From assembly GCA_041690135.1 (NCBI GenBank), contig JAWLHY010000002.1, positions 64,001 to 128,000 on the forward strand: a stretch of DNA of 64,000 nucleotides, read 5' to 3'. The position numbers and the translations under genes were made by a program. Every line of letters begins with the position of its first letter. Within the stretch, counting starts at the first letter, position 1. This document shows, piece after piece, positions 37,422-48,383 of the stretch. The notes beneath the pieces are model-generated. The model saw only the letters and a list, made by a program, of their open reading frames with translations. It was not told where the DNA came from and searched no databases. This DNA is from Armatimonadota bacterium. GTDB taxonomy: Bacteria > Armatimonadota > SYMT01.

Positions 37422-39293
37422 TCAGAAGTTGGGCCTGGGAACCGCCAGGCTAAAGCCCCAGTCACCGGTTCCGTTGTCGATCTTCACCAGGATACGGTTC
37501 GTTCCCTCATGGAGGTGGACCGGCACCTCGTCGCTGCCCGCGGCGTAGGCGCGGCGGGCTTCGTTCTCGTGGACCACCCTGCCATTCAGCCAGATCTTGA
37601 TGCCGTCCGAACTACCGCACTGCAGCACGGCGTCCCGGGCGTGGATGGAATCGATTTCGGCGTAGGCATAGGCGACAGACCACTCTCCCGGCCCGAGGCA
37701 GCGGTTGAACGGCAGGTAACCCTGCTTGTTGGCCTTCAGCGTTTGCCACCGGTACGTCTGCTCGTCGTAGACGTACTGCGCGTCGGGTGAGATCGCGCCG
37801 TTCTCCTGCCAGAACTCCTCCACGGGCGTCGGCTGCTCCAGCGTCACATGACCGGGAGTGGGACTCTTGAAGGGACCCATCACCTGCCACTCCAGGATGT
37901 AGCCCTGCCCGGACTCGCGCTGGGCGGCGTCCCAACTGGCGCGTAGGTCCTTCGGGTCGACCGGCGCGAAGTTTTTCCCGCTGGTGGGGACGAGCGTCTT
38001 CTTCGTATCCAGGGGCGGCAGCAGGTCACCGTGGGCGGCGATCAGCTCGTCGCACATTTCCACGATCTGGTCCAGGGTGAGAGTCGCCGCGGTGAGCGGG
38101 TCGTTCATGGCGGCGTGGTAGACGTGGTCGCGACGACCCTCCAGCGCGGCCCGGATGAACAACTCATGCTGGATCACGTGCGGCATCATGTAGCCCACGA
38201 GCTGCGGCGGGAGCTCGCCGACGGTGGTGGGCTGCAGCCCCGCCCGGTCCACGAGGGTGGGTACTTCTACGATGGCATCTGACGGAAGGTTGGAGATGGA
38301 GCCCCGGTTCGGCTGGTTGCCATAGACGACGCTCGGTTTGCCGGTGACCATCGAGTGGATGATGATGCTGCCGTACTCGTGGCTCTTGTGGATCTCGATC
38401 GGCGCGTCGGACTTGCTGAAGGTCTTCATGCGCTCGAACTCGTCCACGATGCCGTCGCACCGGCGGAGGTATTCGTCGATCGGCACGTCGAACCGGGCGA
38501 TCATTTCTGGTCCGTGGGGAATGAAGAACGAGCAGTACTCCGCGTTGTGCTCGCTCGACTCGGTCACGAAGTAGCCGAGCCGCTGCATCAACTCGTAGCG
38601 GACCCGGTTGGTCGCGAAGATCTTGGGGTCGCCGGCGGCCTCGAAGAGCCGGGGGTAGAGGTCCACACCCTGCTTCTCGATCTTCAGGTAGAACGCCATG
38701 TGGTTGATGCCGGCGCAGATGAAGGCCACCTGCTCCGGGTCCTCGCCGATATCGCGCATGATCCGGTTGAAGGTGCCCTGCACACTGTGGCAGAGGCCCA
38801 CCGCCGGCACGTTGCTGGTCCGCGCGATGGTCTGCATGTTCATGCACATCGGGTTGGAGTAGTTGAGGAGGGTGGCGCGCGGGCAGACCTCCTCCATGTC
38901 CCGGCAGAGGTCGCGGATGAGCGGGAAGGTGCGCAGCGCCCGGAAGAGGCCGCCGGGTCCCGTGGTATCGGCAATCGTGAAGTTGAGCCCGTATTTCCGC
39001 GGGATCTCGAAGTCGACCAGCGTGGAGTTGAAACCCCCGATCTGGACCATGTTGATCACGAAGTCGGCGTCCCGCAGGGCCTCTCGCCGGTCCATCGTCG
39101 CCTCGATCCGGGGCTCCGCTCCGAGCGCGCGCGCCACCTTGCGACAGAGGTTGGCCCCGACTTCCAGGCGGTCGGGATCGATGTCCATGTAGGAGAAGGT
39201 CGCGTTCCGGAATTCCGGGTAGCTGAGGATGTCCCCGGTGAGGTTTTTTGAGAAGACGACGCTGCCCGCGCCGATCATAGCGACTTTGATCAC
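37422..39293 (-). CDS. GH4 alpha-galactosidase/alpha-glucosidase with extra C-terminal beta-sandwich domain
   Basis: [38 protein letters not shown]. Confidence 0.93.
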   Translation of the reverse strand: MIKVAMIGAGSVVFSKNLTGDILSYPEFRNATFSYMDIDPDRLEVGANLCRKVARALGAEPRIEATMDRREALRDADFVINMVQIGGFNSTLVDFEIPRKYGLNFTIADTTGPGGLFRALRTFPLIRDLCRDMEEVCPRATLLNYSNPMCMNMQTIARTSNVPAVGLCHSVQGTFNRIMRDIGEDPEQVAFICAGINHMAFYLKIEKQGVDLYPRLFEAAGDPKIFATNRVRYELMQRLGYFVTESSEHNAEYCSFFIPHGPEMIARFDVPIDEYLRRCDGIVDEFERMKTFSKSDAPIEIHKSHEYGSIIIHSMVTGKPSVVYGNQPNRGSISNLPSDAIVEVPTLVDRAGLQPTTVGELPPQLVGYMMPHVIQHELFIRAALEGRRDHVYHAAMNDPLTAATLTLDQIVEMCDELIAAHGDLLPPLDTKKTLVPTSGKNFAPVDPKDLRASWDAAQRESGQGYILEWQVMGPFKSPTPGHVTLEQPTPVEEFWQENGAISPDAQYVYDEQTYRWQTLKANKQGYLPFNRCLGPGEWSVAYAYAEIDSIHARDAVLQCGSSDGIKIWLNGRVVHENEARRAYAAGSDEVPVHLHEGTNRILVKIDNGTGDWGFSLAVPRPNF

Positions 39294-39457
39294 GTTGCTC
39301 TCTCCCGCTGGTCGCCGTCAGGTCCCTGCAAACCGTCGCCCCGGACTTTCTCAAGCCACCGGGAAGACGCATTTCAGATTATCCGACCTTCGGGTGTTTG
39401 CCGCCCACCCCGCCTGGGATAATCACCTTACGGCAGCATCAAGATCGGGGGCACTCC

Positions 39458-40639
39458 ATGGCTATCATCGTGCAGAAGTACGGCGGCTCGTCCGTTGCGG
39501 ACGTGGGCAAGATCCAGGAGGTCGCGCGCAAGATCGCGGACCGGCGGGCCCAGGGGGACGACCTGGTGGTGGTGGTCTCCGCGATGGGGGATACCACGGA
39601 CAACCTTCTCGACCTGGCGCGGGAGGTGACCGGGAACCCACCGCGGCGGGAACTGGACATGCTCCTGACCGCGGGCGAGCGGATCTCGATGGCGCTGCTG
39701 TCGATGGCCCTCAACGCCTTCGGGGTGCCGGCCATCAGTTTTACCGGCAGCCAGAGTGGCATCATCACCAGCGACAGTCACTCCAACGCGCGGATCGTGG
39801 AGGTCCGGCCCTACCGGATCCTGCAAGAGCTGACCCAGGGGAAGGTGGTCATTGTGGCGGGGTATCAGGGGGTCTCCTTCAAGAAGGAGGTGACTACCCT
39901 GGGAAGAGGCGGTTCCGACACGACGGCCGTGGCCCTCGCCGCGGCCCTGGGCGCCGAAGCTTGCGAGATCTACTCCGACGTGGACGGTGTCTTCTCGGCG
40001 GACCCGCGGGTCTGCCCCCAGGCGCGGAAGTTGCAGGAGATCTCCTACGAGGAGATGCAGACCCTGGCCGAGTCCGGCGCCAAGGTTTTGAACGCCCAGG
40101 CCGTGGAGTTTGCCCGTCGCGCCGGCATCGTGATCCACGCGCGCGCCACGGCCGGAGGGGAAGGGACCCTCGTCCGGGAGACCCCCGTCGGGCTGCGCGT
40201 CTCCGGCGTGGCGGGCCAGTGCGGCCTGGCCGTGCTGCGTCTCTCGCAGCCCCAGCGCCTGGAGGAGATTCTGGAGTTTCTCGATGCGGCCGGCGCCCCC
40301 CCGAGCGAGTTGTTCGCCGACCCCGAGGCCGGTTCCGCCACGCTGCTGTTCTCGCTGGACAATATTCACAACTTTCCGGCGGTGCGGACGGACCTGGAAG
40401 CTCGCTTCGAAGGCGCAGTTGCCTGTCGAGATCACGTCGGCTCCGCCACCGTGGTTGGGGTGGGCATCGGCGCGGACGGGTCCTTCACGCGACGAGCCCT
40501 GGAAGCGGTGGAACTGCTGGGGGTGCCCCTGCTGGGAGTGAACACCTCTTCCCTGCGGATCCTGCTGCTGGTGCCGGAGGACCGGGTCAAGGACTGTGTC
40601 CGGCGCCTCCACGAAGAGTTCCTGGAGCGCACGGGGTGA
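39458..40639 (+). CDS. lysC: Aspartate kinase
   Basis: [43 protein letters not shown]. Confidence 0.95.
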   Translation: MAIIVQKYGGSSVADVGKIQEVARKIADRRAQGDDLVVVVSAMGDTTDNLLDLAREVTGNPPRRELDMLLTAGERISMALLSMALNAFGVPAISFTGSQSGIITSDSHSNARIVEVRPYRILQELTQGKVVIVAGYQGVSFKKEVTTLGRGGSDTTAVALAAALGAEACEIYSDVDGVFSADPRVCPQARKLQEISYEEMQTLAESGAKVLNAQAVEFARRAGIVIHARATAGGEGTLVRETPVGLRVSGVAGQCGLAVLRLSQPQRLEEILEFLDAAGAPPSELFADPEAGSATLLFSLDNIHNFPAVRTDLEARFEGAVACRDHVGSATVVGVGIGADGSFTRRALEAVELLGVPLLGVNTSSLRILLLVPEDRVKDCVRRLHEEFLERTG

Positions 40640-40813
40640 GGGGACGATAGGTCCCCCTCTCTTAGTGAACACAGCGTGTTCCCTGCTGGTGGGGACCCAC
40701 TGGGTGGGGGTTGGCTGCTGGCAGCGACCATTCCGCAGGGGAAGATCACTCTCTCTTTACCGGCCCGCAATGGGTCCGGGTAGTAGTCCGCCTGCTCCCT
40801 TATCTGTACCAAA

Positions 40814-40851
40814 TTGACATTTGAATAAAATCGCGCCTTATGTGCTACAAT
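40814..40851 (+). promoter_or_regulatory. Sigma-70-like promoter
   Basis: AT-rich patch with TTGACA/TTGAAT and extended -10 TG-C-TACAAT. Confidence 0.6.
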
Positions 40852-41044
40852 GGCCCGCCTGGTCGCGTCAACGCAAGCCGGAGGGTCGGTGGCCCTTAGG
40901 ATTTGCGGAATCGGCCTCGCCTCCCGAGCACCCACGGGAGGCGAGTGGCGGTCCCTTCCGGCGCCTCCCCTACGAGGTCCCGACGCGACTCTGGCAGGTC
41001 GAAACCCCGTGCCACCGGATGCGGTGGCGTTCAGGAGTGCACTG

Positions 41045-42571
41045 TTGTATACGCACCCGAGATACCTGCCCTGGGCGCGCCTGGGCGCGCGATTTCTCCG
41101 TTCAGCCCTGGCCGGAACTTTCCTTTCCGGTACTCTCCTGCTCCTGGTCGGCGCCGCGACGGCGAGCCCGCGGCCCGCGGCTCCACCTGCTACTCGCTAT
41201 CGAGCTACTCTCATCAACGCGCCCACCGGACGGGTCGCCTTTCCCCTGGCGATCAGCAGCAATAATGCGATCGCCGGCCAGATCGAGACCGGACAAGAGG
41301 ACGCCGATGGCTTCACCATCTACCATGCCTTCGTCTGGCGCAACGGCGTGCTGACCGAACTGCCGACCCTCGGCGGTCCCAGCGCACGGGCCCTCGGAGT
41401 CAACAGCAACGGCGATGTGGTCGGCGAGTCCCAGCGGGAGGAAAGCGGGGCCTACCACGCATTTCTCTGGCGCAACAACCAGATGATCGACCTGGGCCAG
41501 GTCCTGGGCGCCGAAGAAGCCAGCGCCGCGCTCGGGATCAACGATGTGGGGCAGGTGGTCGGCACTCTCGGGCATTCCTATTTTGGGGACGCCTTTGTCT
41601 GGAGCCAGGCGAACGGCGTCACCAATCTGGGACCGGGCTCCGCGCGGGGTATCAATGCCTCGGGCACCGTCGTGGGAGCCATCCGCACGGACGAAGGGCA
41701 GAACCTTCCGGCGGTGTGGGAAGAAGGCGTGCTGCAGGTGCTCCCGGACCTCGGTGGCAAGCTCAATAACTATGCGTCCGCGGTGAACGACAGCGGCGTT
41801 ATCGTCGGAACGTCGGAGGACCTGCAGGGCAACATGAAGCCGGCGAGGTGGCAGCGCACCGGCGGCGAGTATGCGATCACCGACCTGGGAGTGCTGCCCT
41901 CGGAGAGCCAGTTCCCGAACACCTACGGGGCAGCCACCGGGATCAACAACAATGGCCAGATCGTGGGGCAGTCGGATTACCGTGCCTTCATCTGGCAGAA
42001 TAATGTGATGGCGCCGCTGGCGGATCTCGTGCCGCTTTCGGAGCGCTACTTCGTTACCTTCGCCGCCGGTATCAACCACCTGGGCAACCTGGCGGTGGAC
42101 GGTATCCAGTTCGTGAATAACGTCGGCTCGGTACCGCGCGCGGGCTTGCTGACGCCCGGCCAAGCCCCTACCACCGGCGCGGAACTCTCCGGCCTGTGGG
42201 ATACGGCCCAGCAGGGCCGACGGCTCCCGAAGGTGCGCCAGACCGGCCGGGGCCGGGGCGCCAAGTACCAGATCTCCGGCACGTTCGTCGTTAAGAACAC
42301 CGGAGGGACGGCGGCGAAGAAGCCGAAGGTCGGCTTCTATCTCTCGAACGACGGAGACCCGAATAATCCGGTGCCCGACCTGGGCCTGCTCAAGGCCTAT
42401 CCGGTCCTGAACGCCGGGAAGTCACGCGGGGTCGCCATCTCCGTCTCCATTCCGCTGTCGAAGGGCATCGATCCTCGTGGCAAGTACGTCATCGCCGTGG
42501 TGGACCCGCTGAACGCGATCGACGAACAGGACGAGGAGAACAACGTCGTCGTCTACGGTCCGCTGCAGTAA
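41045..42571 (+). CDS. Secreted HAF-repeat protein with C-terminal CARDB-like domain
   Basis: YHAFVW, YHAFLW, A.GIN..G.VVG repeats; VDPLNAIDEQDEENN; TTG start 7 nt after AGGAG (start inferred). Confidence 0.85.
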   Translation: MYTHPRYLPWARLGARFLRSALAGTFLSGTLLLLVGAATASPRPAAPPATRYRATLINAPTGRVAFPLAISSNNAIAGQIETGQEDADGFTIYHAFVWRNGVLTELPTLGGPSARALGVNSNGDVVGESQREESGAYHAFLWRNNQMIDLGQVLGAEEASAALGINDVGQVVGTLGHSYFGDAFVWSQANGVTNLGPGSARGINASGTVVGAIRTDEGQNLPAVWEEGVLQVLPDLGGKLNNYASAVNDSGVIVGTSEDLQGNMKPARWQRTGGEYAITDLGVLPSESQFPNTYGAATGINNNGQIVGQSDYRAFIWQNNVMAPLADLVPLSERYFVTFAAGINHLGNLAVDGIQFVNNVGSVPRAGLLTPGQAPTTGAELSGLWDTAQQGRRLPKVRQTGRGRGAKYQISGTFVVKNTGGTAAKKPKVGFYLSNDGDPNNPVPDLGLLKAYPVLNAGKSRGVAISVSIPLSKGIDPRGKYVIAVVDPLNAIDEQDEENNVVVYGPLQ

Positions 42572-42603
42572 CCGGAGGCCGACAAAGACGACGCTCGCGC
42601 GAC

Positions 42604-42638
42604 AGGCGGGGCACACACGTGCCCCGCCTATTATTTTT
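42604..42638 (+). terminator. Intrinsic terminator
   Basis: aggcggggcac-acac-gtgccccgcct then attattttt. Confidence 0.85.
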
Positions 42639-42724
42639 GAAAGGCTGATGGGCCGTCCAGTCCGCCTACCTCTGCTCCAAACCTCTGGAGGCTTGGAGCC
42701 GTTCTGGGGTTCAGGGATCCACCG

Positions 42725-43204
42725 ATGAACGATCTTCGTCTACGCTGCATCCACGCCGGCCTGGGAACTCTCGGCCAGGGATGCCTGGAAGTGGTTCAGA
42801 TGCACCCGCTTTTTGAGGTGGTGGGTCTGGTCGATCCGGACCCGGCGGCCCGTACGCGAGCCTGCGCGCAGGCCGGCCTACCGGAGGAGATGGCATTCGA
42901 GGAACTGGAAGAGGCGCTGATGGTGTGCGATCCGGATGCGGTGATCGTCACGGTCGCTGCGGCGCTCCGGTCCGACCTCATCATCCAGGTGCTGGCCGCG
43001 GACCTCCACGTGCTGTCGGCGCACCCCTTCGCCGTTTCGGACGAAGAGGCGCGCCGGTGCGCCACAATTGCGCTCAACCGCGGCGTTCGGTTGATGGTTC
43101 TGCGAGCGGAAGGTCCCACGCCGGACCAGCTCGAGCAGTTCCACGCCTACGTGACGGAGGGGGTCGAACCGCCGACGAGTGCCCGGCGCGTGGTTCAGGA
43201 ATAG
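42725..43204 (+). CDS. Short Gfo/Idh/MocA-family protein (NAD-binding domain only)
   Basis: AGLGTLG, VVGLVDPD, PDAVIV, LHVLSAHP; 159 aa. Confidence 0.75.
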   Translation: MNDLRLRCIHAGLGTLGQGCLEVVQMHPLFEVVGLVDPDPAARTRACAQAGLPEEMAFEELEEALMVCDPDAVIVTVAAALRSDLIIQVLAADLHVLSAHPFAVSDEEARRCATIALNRGVRLMVLRAEGPTPDQLEQFHAYVTEGVEPPTSARRVVQE

Positions 43205-43215
43205 CCGGACAGCGA

Positions 43216-43866
43216 CTACGCTCCGCCGCGACGTAGCCGCTCCAGTTCCGCGCGCAGCGCCGCCACTTCCTGCTCGGCGGCCTCTGCCCGGCGGCGTTCC
43301 TCTTCGTGTGTCAACAGCATGGTTCCGTCGCGGGTATAGACGCGGAGCAGTTCGTCCTCATCGAACCCGAACCAGACGCCTAACTGTGCGCTCCACACCC
43401 GCCCATCCGGCTCGCGGGGGATCTGTCGGTAACGGTCGTCAACCATCCGCCAGAGACGGAGGTCGCCGGTCGGCGGGTCGGTGTAGAGGTACTCCGGAAC
43501 CTGCAGATCACGTTCGTAGCGTTCCGGCTTGGCCTCCACGTCGCGGGCGAAGGAGGAGCGAGAGCGGATCTCCGCCACGAACTGGAGCGGAGCATCCCGC
43601 CAGGCCAGGTAGACCCGCTTCGGGCTCTTCGGCACGGGCTGATCGATGACGGCGACGTCCGGCGCCAGGTACTTGGAGAAGCTTTCCGGCTCCCAGTAGA
43701 GACAGGTCTCCCCTGTCACCCATCGATCGGGAAAGTGCGCCTGGAGAGCGCCGACCAGGTATAACTGCTGCCGGAAGTGGGCAGGAGTTTCGGGCACCGT
43801 GTCCTCCTCGTGAACCGGATAGAGATCGTGCTCATCCGCAGGTGGGACTGCTACCAGCGGTTCCAT
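43216..43866 (-). CDS. Uma2 (DUF820) family endonuclease
   Basis: ETPAH, LAPDVAV, FVAEIRSRS, K...Y....VPEY..DP, C-terminal coiled coil. Confidence 0.9.
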   Translation of the reverse strand: MEPLVAVPPADEHDLYPVHEEDTVPETPAHFRQQLYLVGALQAHFPDRWVTGETCLYWEPESFSKYLAPDVAVIDQPVPKSPKRVYLAWRDAPLQFVAEIRSRSSFARDVEAKPERYERDLQVPEYLYTDPPTGDLRLWRMVDDRYRQIPREPDGRVWSAQLGVWFGFDEDELLRVYTRDGTMLLTHEEERRRAEAAEQEVAALRAELERLRRGGA

Positions 43867-43912
43867 CTTTGCCTCCAGGCGCTTGCGTTGGACAGACCGG
43901 GAACGGTCAGGA

Positions 43913-45064
43913 TCAGGGGATCCAGTCGGCCACGAAGACGTTCGTCTCGCCCCGCTGCTTGGCGTTGCGGTTGCTGGCCCAGACCATTTTCTTGCCGTCC
44001 GGGCTGAACATCGGGAAGCCGTCGAACGCGGGATCGAAGGTCACGCGCTCCAGGTTCTTGCCGTCCAGGTCGATCAGGTACAGCTCGAAGTTCGGCGGGC
44101 GGCCGCGAGGGTCGTCCATGTTGCTGGCGAAGATCAGCCGCTTGCCGTCGGGGGTGAAGAACGGGCAGAAGTTCGCGTGACCGTTCGACGTGACCTGCCG
44201 CTTGCCGGTGCCGTCCACGTTCATCACGTAGAGCTCCATCTTGCTTGGCTTCACCCAGTTCTTGGCCAGCAGGTCGCGGTAGACCTTGCGGTCCTCTTCC
44301 GATTGCGGGTGGTTCGCCCGGTAGCAGATCATCTTGCTGTCCGGTGAGAAAAACGCGCCGCCGTCGTAGCCCAACTCAGTCGTCAGGCGCTTCACGTTAC
44401 TCCCGTCCACGTCCATCACGTAAAGGTCGAGGTCCCCGTCGCGCATGGAGGTGAAGACGATCTTCTTGCCGTCGGGCGACACGGTGGCTTCCGCGTCGTA
44501 GCCGGGCGTCTTGGTGAGGGCCTTCACATCCGAGCCGTCCGGTTTGGCGGTGAAGATGTCGTAGGTGGGGTAGACGGCCCACACGTAGCCCGCGCTCTGG
44601 TCCGGCGGCGGCGGCGGCGCATCGCCACCCAGGTGGGTGCTGGCGTAGAGAATCCGCTTGCCGTCCTTGAGGAAGTAGCTGCAGGTGGTGCGTCCCTTGC
44701 CGGTGCTGACCATCCGCGGGTTGCTGCCGTCGGCCCCCATCACGAAGATCTGGTCCGCCTTCAGGTTATCGCGGGTCGACTGCAGAATGATCTGCTTGCC
44801 GTCGAACGACCAGTAGGCCTCGGCGTTCTCGCCACCGAAGGTGAGCTGGCGCACGTTGGTCAGGTGCTTCTCGCCCTCGCGGGCCAGGTTCTGGGCCCCG
44901 GACACGACGGAGAGGGCGGCGGATTGCGGTGCGGCCGCTTTCGCCGCGGCGGCTTCCGCCGGCTTTGCGAAGAGGTCGGGCGCGCGGAAGAAGTAATACT
45001 CCAGGCCCGCCACCGCCGCCACGACGGTGGAGATCTGGAGCAGGGTCTCGGCTTTCTTGGTCAT
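43913..45064 (-). CDS. TolB-like PD40-repeat beta-propeller protein
   Basis: GENAEAYWSFDGK, YDAEATVSPDG, YDGGAFFSPD, FDGFPMFSPDG. Confidence 0.9.
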   Translation of the reverse strand: MTKKAETLLQISTVVAAVAGLEYYFFRAPDLFAKPAEAAAAKAAAPQSAALSVVSGAQNLAREGEKHLTNVRQLTFGGENAEAYWSFDGKQIILQSTRDNLKADQIFVMGADGSNPRMVSTGKGRTTCSYFLKDGKRILYASTHLGGDAPPPPPDQSAGYVWAVYPTYDIFTAKPDGSDVKALTKTPGYDAEATVSPDGKKIVFTSMRDGDLDLYVMDVDGSNVKRLTTELGYDGGAFFSPDSKMICYRANHPQSEEDRKVYRDLLAKNWVKPSKMELYVMNVDGTGKRQVTSNGHANFCPFFTPDGKRLIFASNMDDPRGRPPNFELYLIDLDGKNLERVTFDPAFDGFPMFSPDGKKMVWASNRNAKQRGETNVFVADWIP

Positions 45065-45082
45065 CAGGGTTCGAGTGGTTTC

Positions 45083-46969
45083 CTATCGAGGCGCGGGGAT
45101 GATGGAGACCTTCACCCGCTGCTTATTGCGGATCACGACGAGTTGGACCGGCTTTTTCGGTACCGCACTGCCGAGTACCACGGTATACTCCTGCACGTTG
45201 CGGATCATTTTGCCGTCGAATTCAACCAGGACGTCGCCTTCCCGGAGGCCTGCCTTTTCGGCGGGGCTGCCCTCGCGGACCCCCTGGAGCGCCACCCCTT
45301 CCACGTTCGCGGAGTAGTCCGGAATGGTGCCCAGGTAGACCCGGAATCCGCCGCCCCCGCCGCTTGCCACGCGCGGCTCCTCCTTCGCCCGGGTAAACGC
45401 CGGGCGTGGGGTCATCCAACTCACGCGCTGGGTCACGTCGGCCACCAGCCGGGCGATCTTTTCCACCCCCGCGGCGTTCACCTTCTCCCAGGTATCGGAC
45501 GGTCGGTGGTAGTCCGCGTGCGGCCCCGTGAAGAAGAAAAGCACCGGAATGTTGCGGGCGTAGAACGACTGTTGATCGCTGCCGCCGAAGCCGGACATGG
45601 TCGACTCGTTACCCTTGAGCGTGAGCCGATGGGGAGCGTTCACCTCCTCCAGCAACTTTGCCCACGCCGGAGAACTCCCGGTCCCGATCACCTGGACCGA
45701 GTCGTTCCCCATGCGACCGATCATGTCCATGTTGAGCATCGCGACGACCCGTTCCATCGGAATTGTCGGGTTCTTCGTCCAGTGGAGGGAGCCCAGCAGA
45801 CCGATCTCCTCCCCGCTGAAGCCCATGAAGGCGACGCTGCGACCCAACTTCTCGCGGTGGGCCGCGAAGTAGTGGGCCAGTTCCAGCAACCCGGCGGTCC
45901 CGGAGGCGTTATCGTCGGCGCCGTGGTGGATCGCCGGCTCACTCGAGTTATGGAGCGAGCCTTCGCCTCCCATTCCCAGGTGGTCGTAGTGCGCGCCGAT
46001 TACCACGACCTCGTTCTTGAGCTGGGGATCGCTGCCTTCCACCAGGCCGATCACGTTGCGGGTGGGCGCGGTGCGTCGCTCCACCTGGATGCGGACCCCG
46101 ATTCGCGCGTCTGGGATCAGGAAAGACTGGGTCTTTCCATGCGCGATCATCACCTGCAGGTCCTTCAGGGTACGATCCATCGGCGCCAGTAGCCGGTCCA
46201 CGAACTTGGGGTGGACGATGGCGGCGGGAATCCCGGCGTCGGCGGAAGCCGATCCGAGCGGCACCGCGCGCCGGCTCCCAGGGCCGGAGTGGTGGCCATG
46301 CCCCGGCGCCTCGCCGAAGAACACCGGGTGGTCGCCCAGCGGTCCCGTAACCAGCAGGATCGCCGCCGCTCCCTTCTCCCGAGCGGTCATCGTCTTGTAC
46401 GTCAACTGGGCGTAGGGACCGAACTTGCCGGTGTCGTCCATGTCGGGCGTGTGGCGGAGAACCACCACGATCTTGCCCTTGACGTCGAGTCCCTTGTAGT
46501 CGTCGTAACCCAGGTCCGGCTTGCTGATGCCGTAACCGGCGAAGACGACGGGCGCGTAGGCCGACCCGTTCTTGCTGAACCCGAGCGGCAGGAAGTCCTC
46601 ACCGGGCGCCAGGGTCGTCACCTGCTCCTTCCGCCGGAAGGAGACCCGGTTGTCGGTCCCCATCTCCACGCCGGTGAACACTGGGAAGGTTTGGAAGAAC
46701 GTATCGTTCTCCCCGGCCGGCTTGAGCCCGGCGGCCCGGAACCGCTCGGCGAGGTACTCGCCCGCGCGGTCGTTTCCCTCGGTTCCGGAGCCCCGCCCCT
46801 GGAGTTCCTCCGAGGCGAGGTAGCGGACGTGGGCCACCACCTCCGGGGCCGTGATGCGTGGATCGCCGACCTCCTCCGGACGAGGCGGCGCGGCGAAGGG
46901 GGACCCGGCCAGCAAGACCGAAGCCAGGGCAGCCGATCCCAGGATAAGGGCGTGACGTGGGGGTTTCAT
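45083..46969 (-). CDS. M28 aminopeptidase with PA and PDZ domains
   Basis: GAHYDHLG, GADDNASG, SGEEIGL, NMDMIG, SD, DYHRPSD; C-terminal PDZ. Confidence 0.93.
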   Translation of the reverse strand: MKPPRHALILGSAALASVLLAGSPFAAPPRPEEVGDPRITAPEVVAHVRYLASEELQGRGSGTEGNDRAGEYLAERFRAAGLKPAGENDTFFQTFPVFTGVEMGTDNRVSFRRKEQVTTLAPGEDFLPLGFSKNGSAYAPVVFAGYGISKPDLGYDDYKGLDVKGKIVVVLRHTPDMDDTGKFGPYAQLTYKTMTAREKGAAAILLVTGPLGDHPVFFGEAPGHGHHSGPGSRRAVPLGSASADAGIPAAIVHPKFVDRLLAPMDRTLKDLQVMIAHGKTQSFLIPDARIGVRIQVERRTAPTRNVIGLVEGSDPQLKNEVVVIGAHYDHLGMGGEGSLHNSSEPAIHHGADDNASGTAGLLELAHYFAAHREKLGRSVAFMGFSGEEIGLLGSLHWTKNPTIPMERVVAMLNMDMIGRMGNDSVQVIGTGSSPAWAKLLEEVNAPHRLTLKGNESTMSGFGGSDQQSFYARNIPVLFFFTGPHADYHRPSDTWEKVNAAGVEKIARLVADVTQRVSWMTPRPAFTRAKEEPRVASGGGGGFRVYLGTIPDYSANVEGVALQGVREGSPAEKAGLREGDVLVEFDGKMIRNVQEYTVVLGSAVPKKPVQLVVIRNKQRVKVSIIPAPR

Positions 46970-47195
46970 ACAGCGTTGTTAGACCGCGAGGGGTGAAAGG
47001 AGTTTCCCTCTGTTGTTTATACGCAGTGCGAAAGGGGGAATGCTCCATCAGAAACAGGTAAGGGCTTGGGCCCCAAGAATTAGCTAAATCGCCGAACAAA
47101 AAGGGAGATGTTAGTAAACCTCCGCGGATCTAAGGCACATAAGAGATAGCGCGGTCATCCAATGCGCTGTCGTCCATTTGGCGGAGTTGGGGAGA

Positions 47196-48383
47196 ATGAC
47201 GGAACCTGGCCGACTGTTGTGCTCGGATTGCGGCACGGAAAACGAGGCGCAAGCGCGGTTCTGCAACTACTGCGGTGGTGCCGTGACGCGACCCTGGGGT
47301 CTGGAGAGCGATCCGCACCGGGCGGGTGCAGTCCGGACGGATCCTACGGGAGGGGCCAGCCGGAGCGGTACGCGCGCGCACGCCGCGGCAGGATCACGCG
47401 GGCCCAGTGCCCCCTTGGCCGCCGAACCGATCCCCTCTGAGGAGGAGACGATCGAGTTGCTGGAACTCCTTGCCCGGCCTTCCACCCTGGATCCCACGCT
47501 CACGCAGTCCGACTGGACCCCACCGCTGGCGAACCCTCCGGCCGGACTCGCCAGTCCGAGTGTGCGGGGTGGGAGTGGCAACGCTGGCCCCGAGTCGCCC
47601 AGCACGACCGTGGGCACCGTCCCGCCGCCCACGAACTGCAAAGGGGCGGGAGCCGCTACGGCGCTGGCGGCGCCTCCGAAGCAGGGTGTTCGCCCGGGGT
47701 CCCGCAGAAGTAGCTCGTGGCTCCGCACCCTATCCTGGATTGCCGGGGCCACCCTGCTTACCGGGCTGCTGGGTTACCTGGGAGCCGTGTTCCTGATCAA
47801 ACCAGTAAAGGAAGACCGGATCTCCGCTCATCAAGCACCGCCGGCGATGGCCGGGGGAAGACTTTCCGTAGAGGTACCTACTGGTCTTCCTTCTAATTCG
47901 CTCCGCGTCACGGTAGTCCGGGCCAATCAGCCGGTGAAAACGGCCCGTGGGGAACTCTTGAAGGGAGTGCCTCCGGAAAAGATTGGAGGAGTTACCCTGG
48001 AACCGGGGTCGTACATCGTGCGTTTCCTCTACCGGCAGACCCCCCTCCGGGAAGTACGTGCGGAAATCCGCCGGGGACAGGATACGATTATCCAGCCTTC
48101 CCGCTGGCAGCTTGCGGATATTGAGTATACCGCCGGGGAAGCCGCGGCCCGCCTGGGCGGTCCGGATCAGCACGGCGACTCCGATGTGGTCCACTTCCGC
48201 CGCACGCTTACGCTCGATCCGGACCATATCAACGCACATCTCCAGATGGCGGCGTACGAGTTACTGAACGGCAAGCGTTCGGACGTGGAGCGCCACCTCG
48301 GCAACATCCGCCGACTCGCTCCCCAGCACCCGGACCTGGTCCAATTGGAAGCGCTGCTCAAGAAACGCAAGAGAGGAAGCTGA
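47196..48383 (+). CDS. Zinc-ribbon / TM / TPR-like protein
   Basis: CSDCG..N...ARFCNYCG; one TM; C-terminal TPR-like helices. Confidence 0.8.
   Translation: MTEPGRLLCSDCGTENEAQARFCNYCGGAVTRPWGLESDPHRAGAVRTDPTGGASRSGTRAHAAAGSRGPSAPLAAEPIPSEEETIELLELLARPSTLDPTLTQSDWTPPLANPPAGLASPSVRGGSGNAGPESPSTTVGTVPPPTNCKGAGAATALAAPPKQGVRPGSRRSSSWLRTLSWIAGATLLTGLLGYLGAVFLIKPVKEDRISAHQAPPAMAGGRLSVEVPTGLPSNSLRVTVVRANQPVKTARGELLKGVPPEKIGGVTLEPGSYIVRFLYRQTPLREVRAEIRRGQDTIIQPSRWQLADIEYTAGEAAARLGGPDQHGDSDVVHFRRTLTLDPDHINAHLQMAAYELLNGKRSDVERHLGNIRRLAPQHPDLVQLEALLKKRKRGS

Noticed and set aside
40850-41044. Longer N-terminus for the HAF protein from ATG 40850
   Set aside because: That ATG overlaps the putative -10 box and lacks an RBS; TTG 41045 has AGGAG and leads into a signal-like peptide.
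43913-46969. TolB-like plus M28-PDZ pair as a novel system
   Set aside because: A commonly seen gene pair in many bacteria; nothing unusual here.
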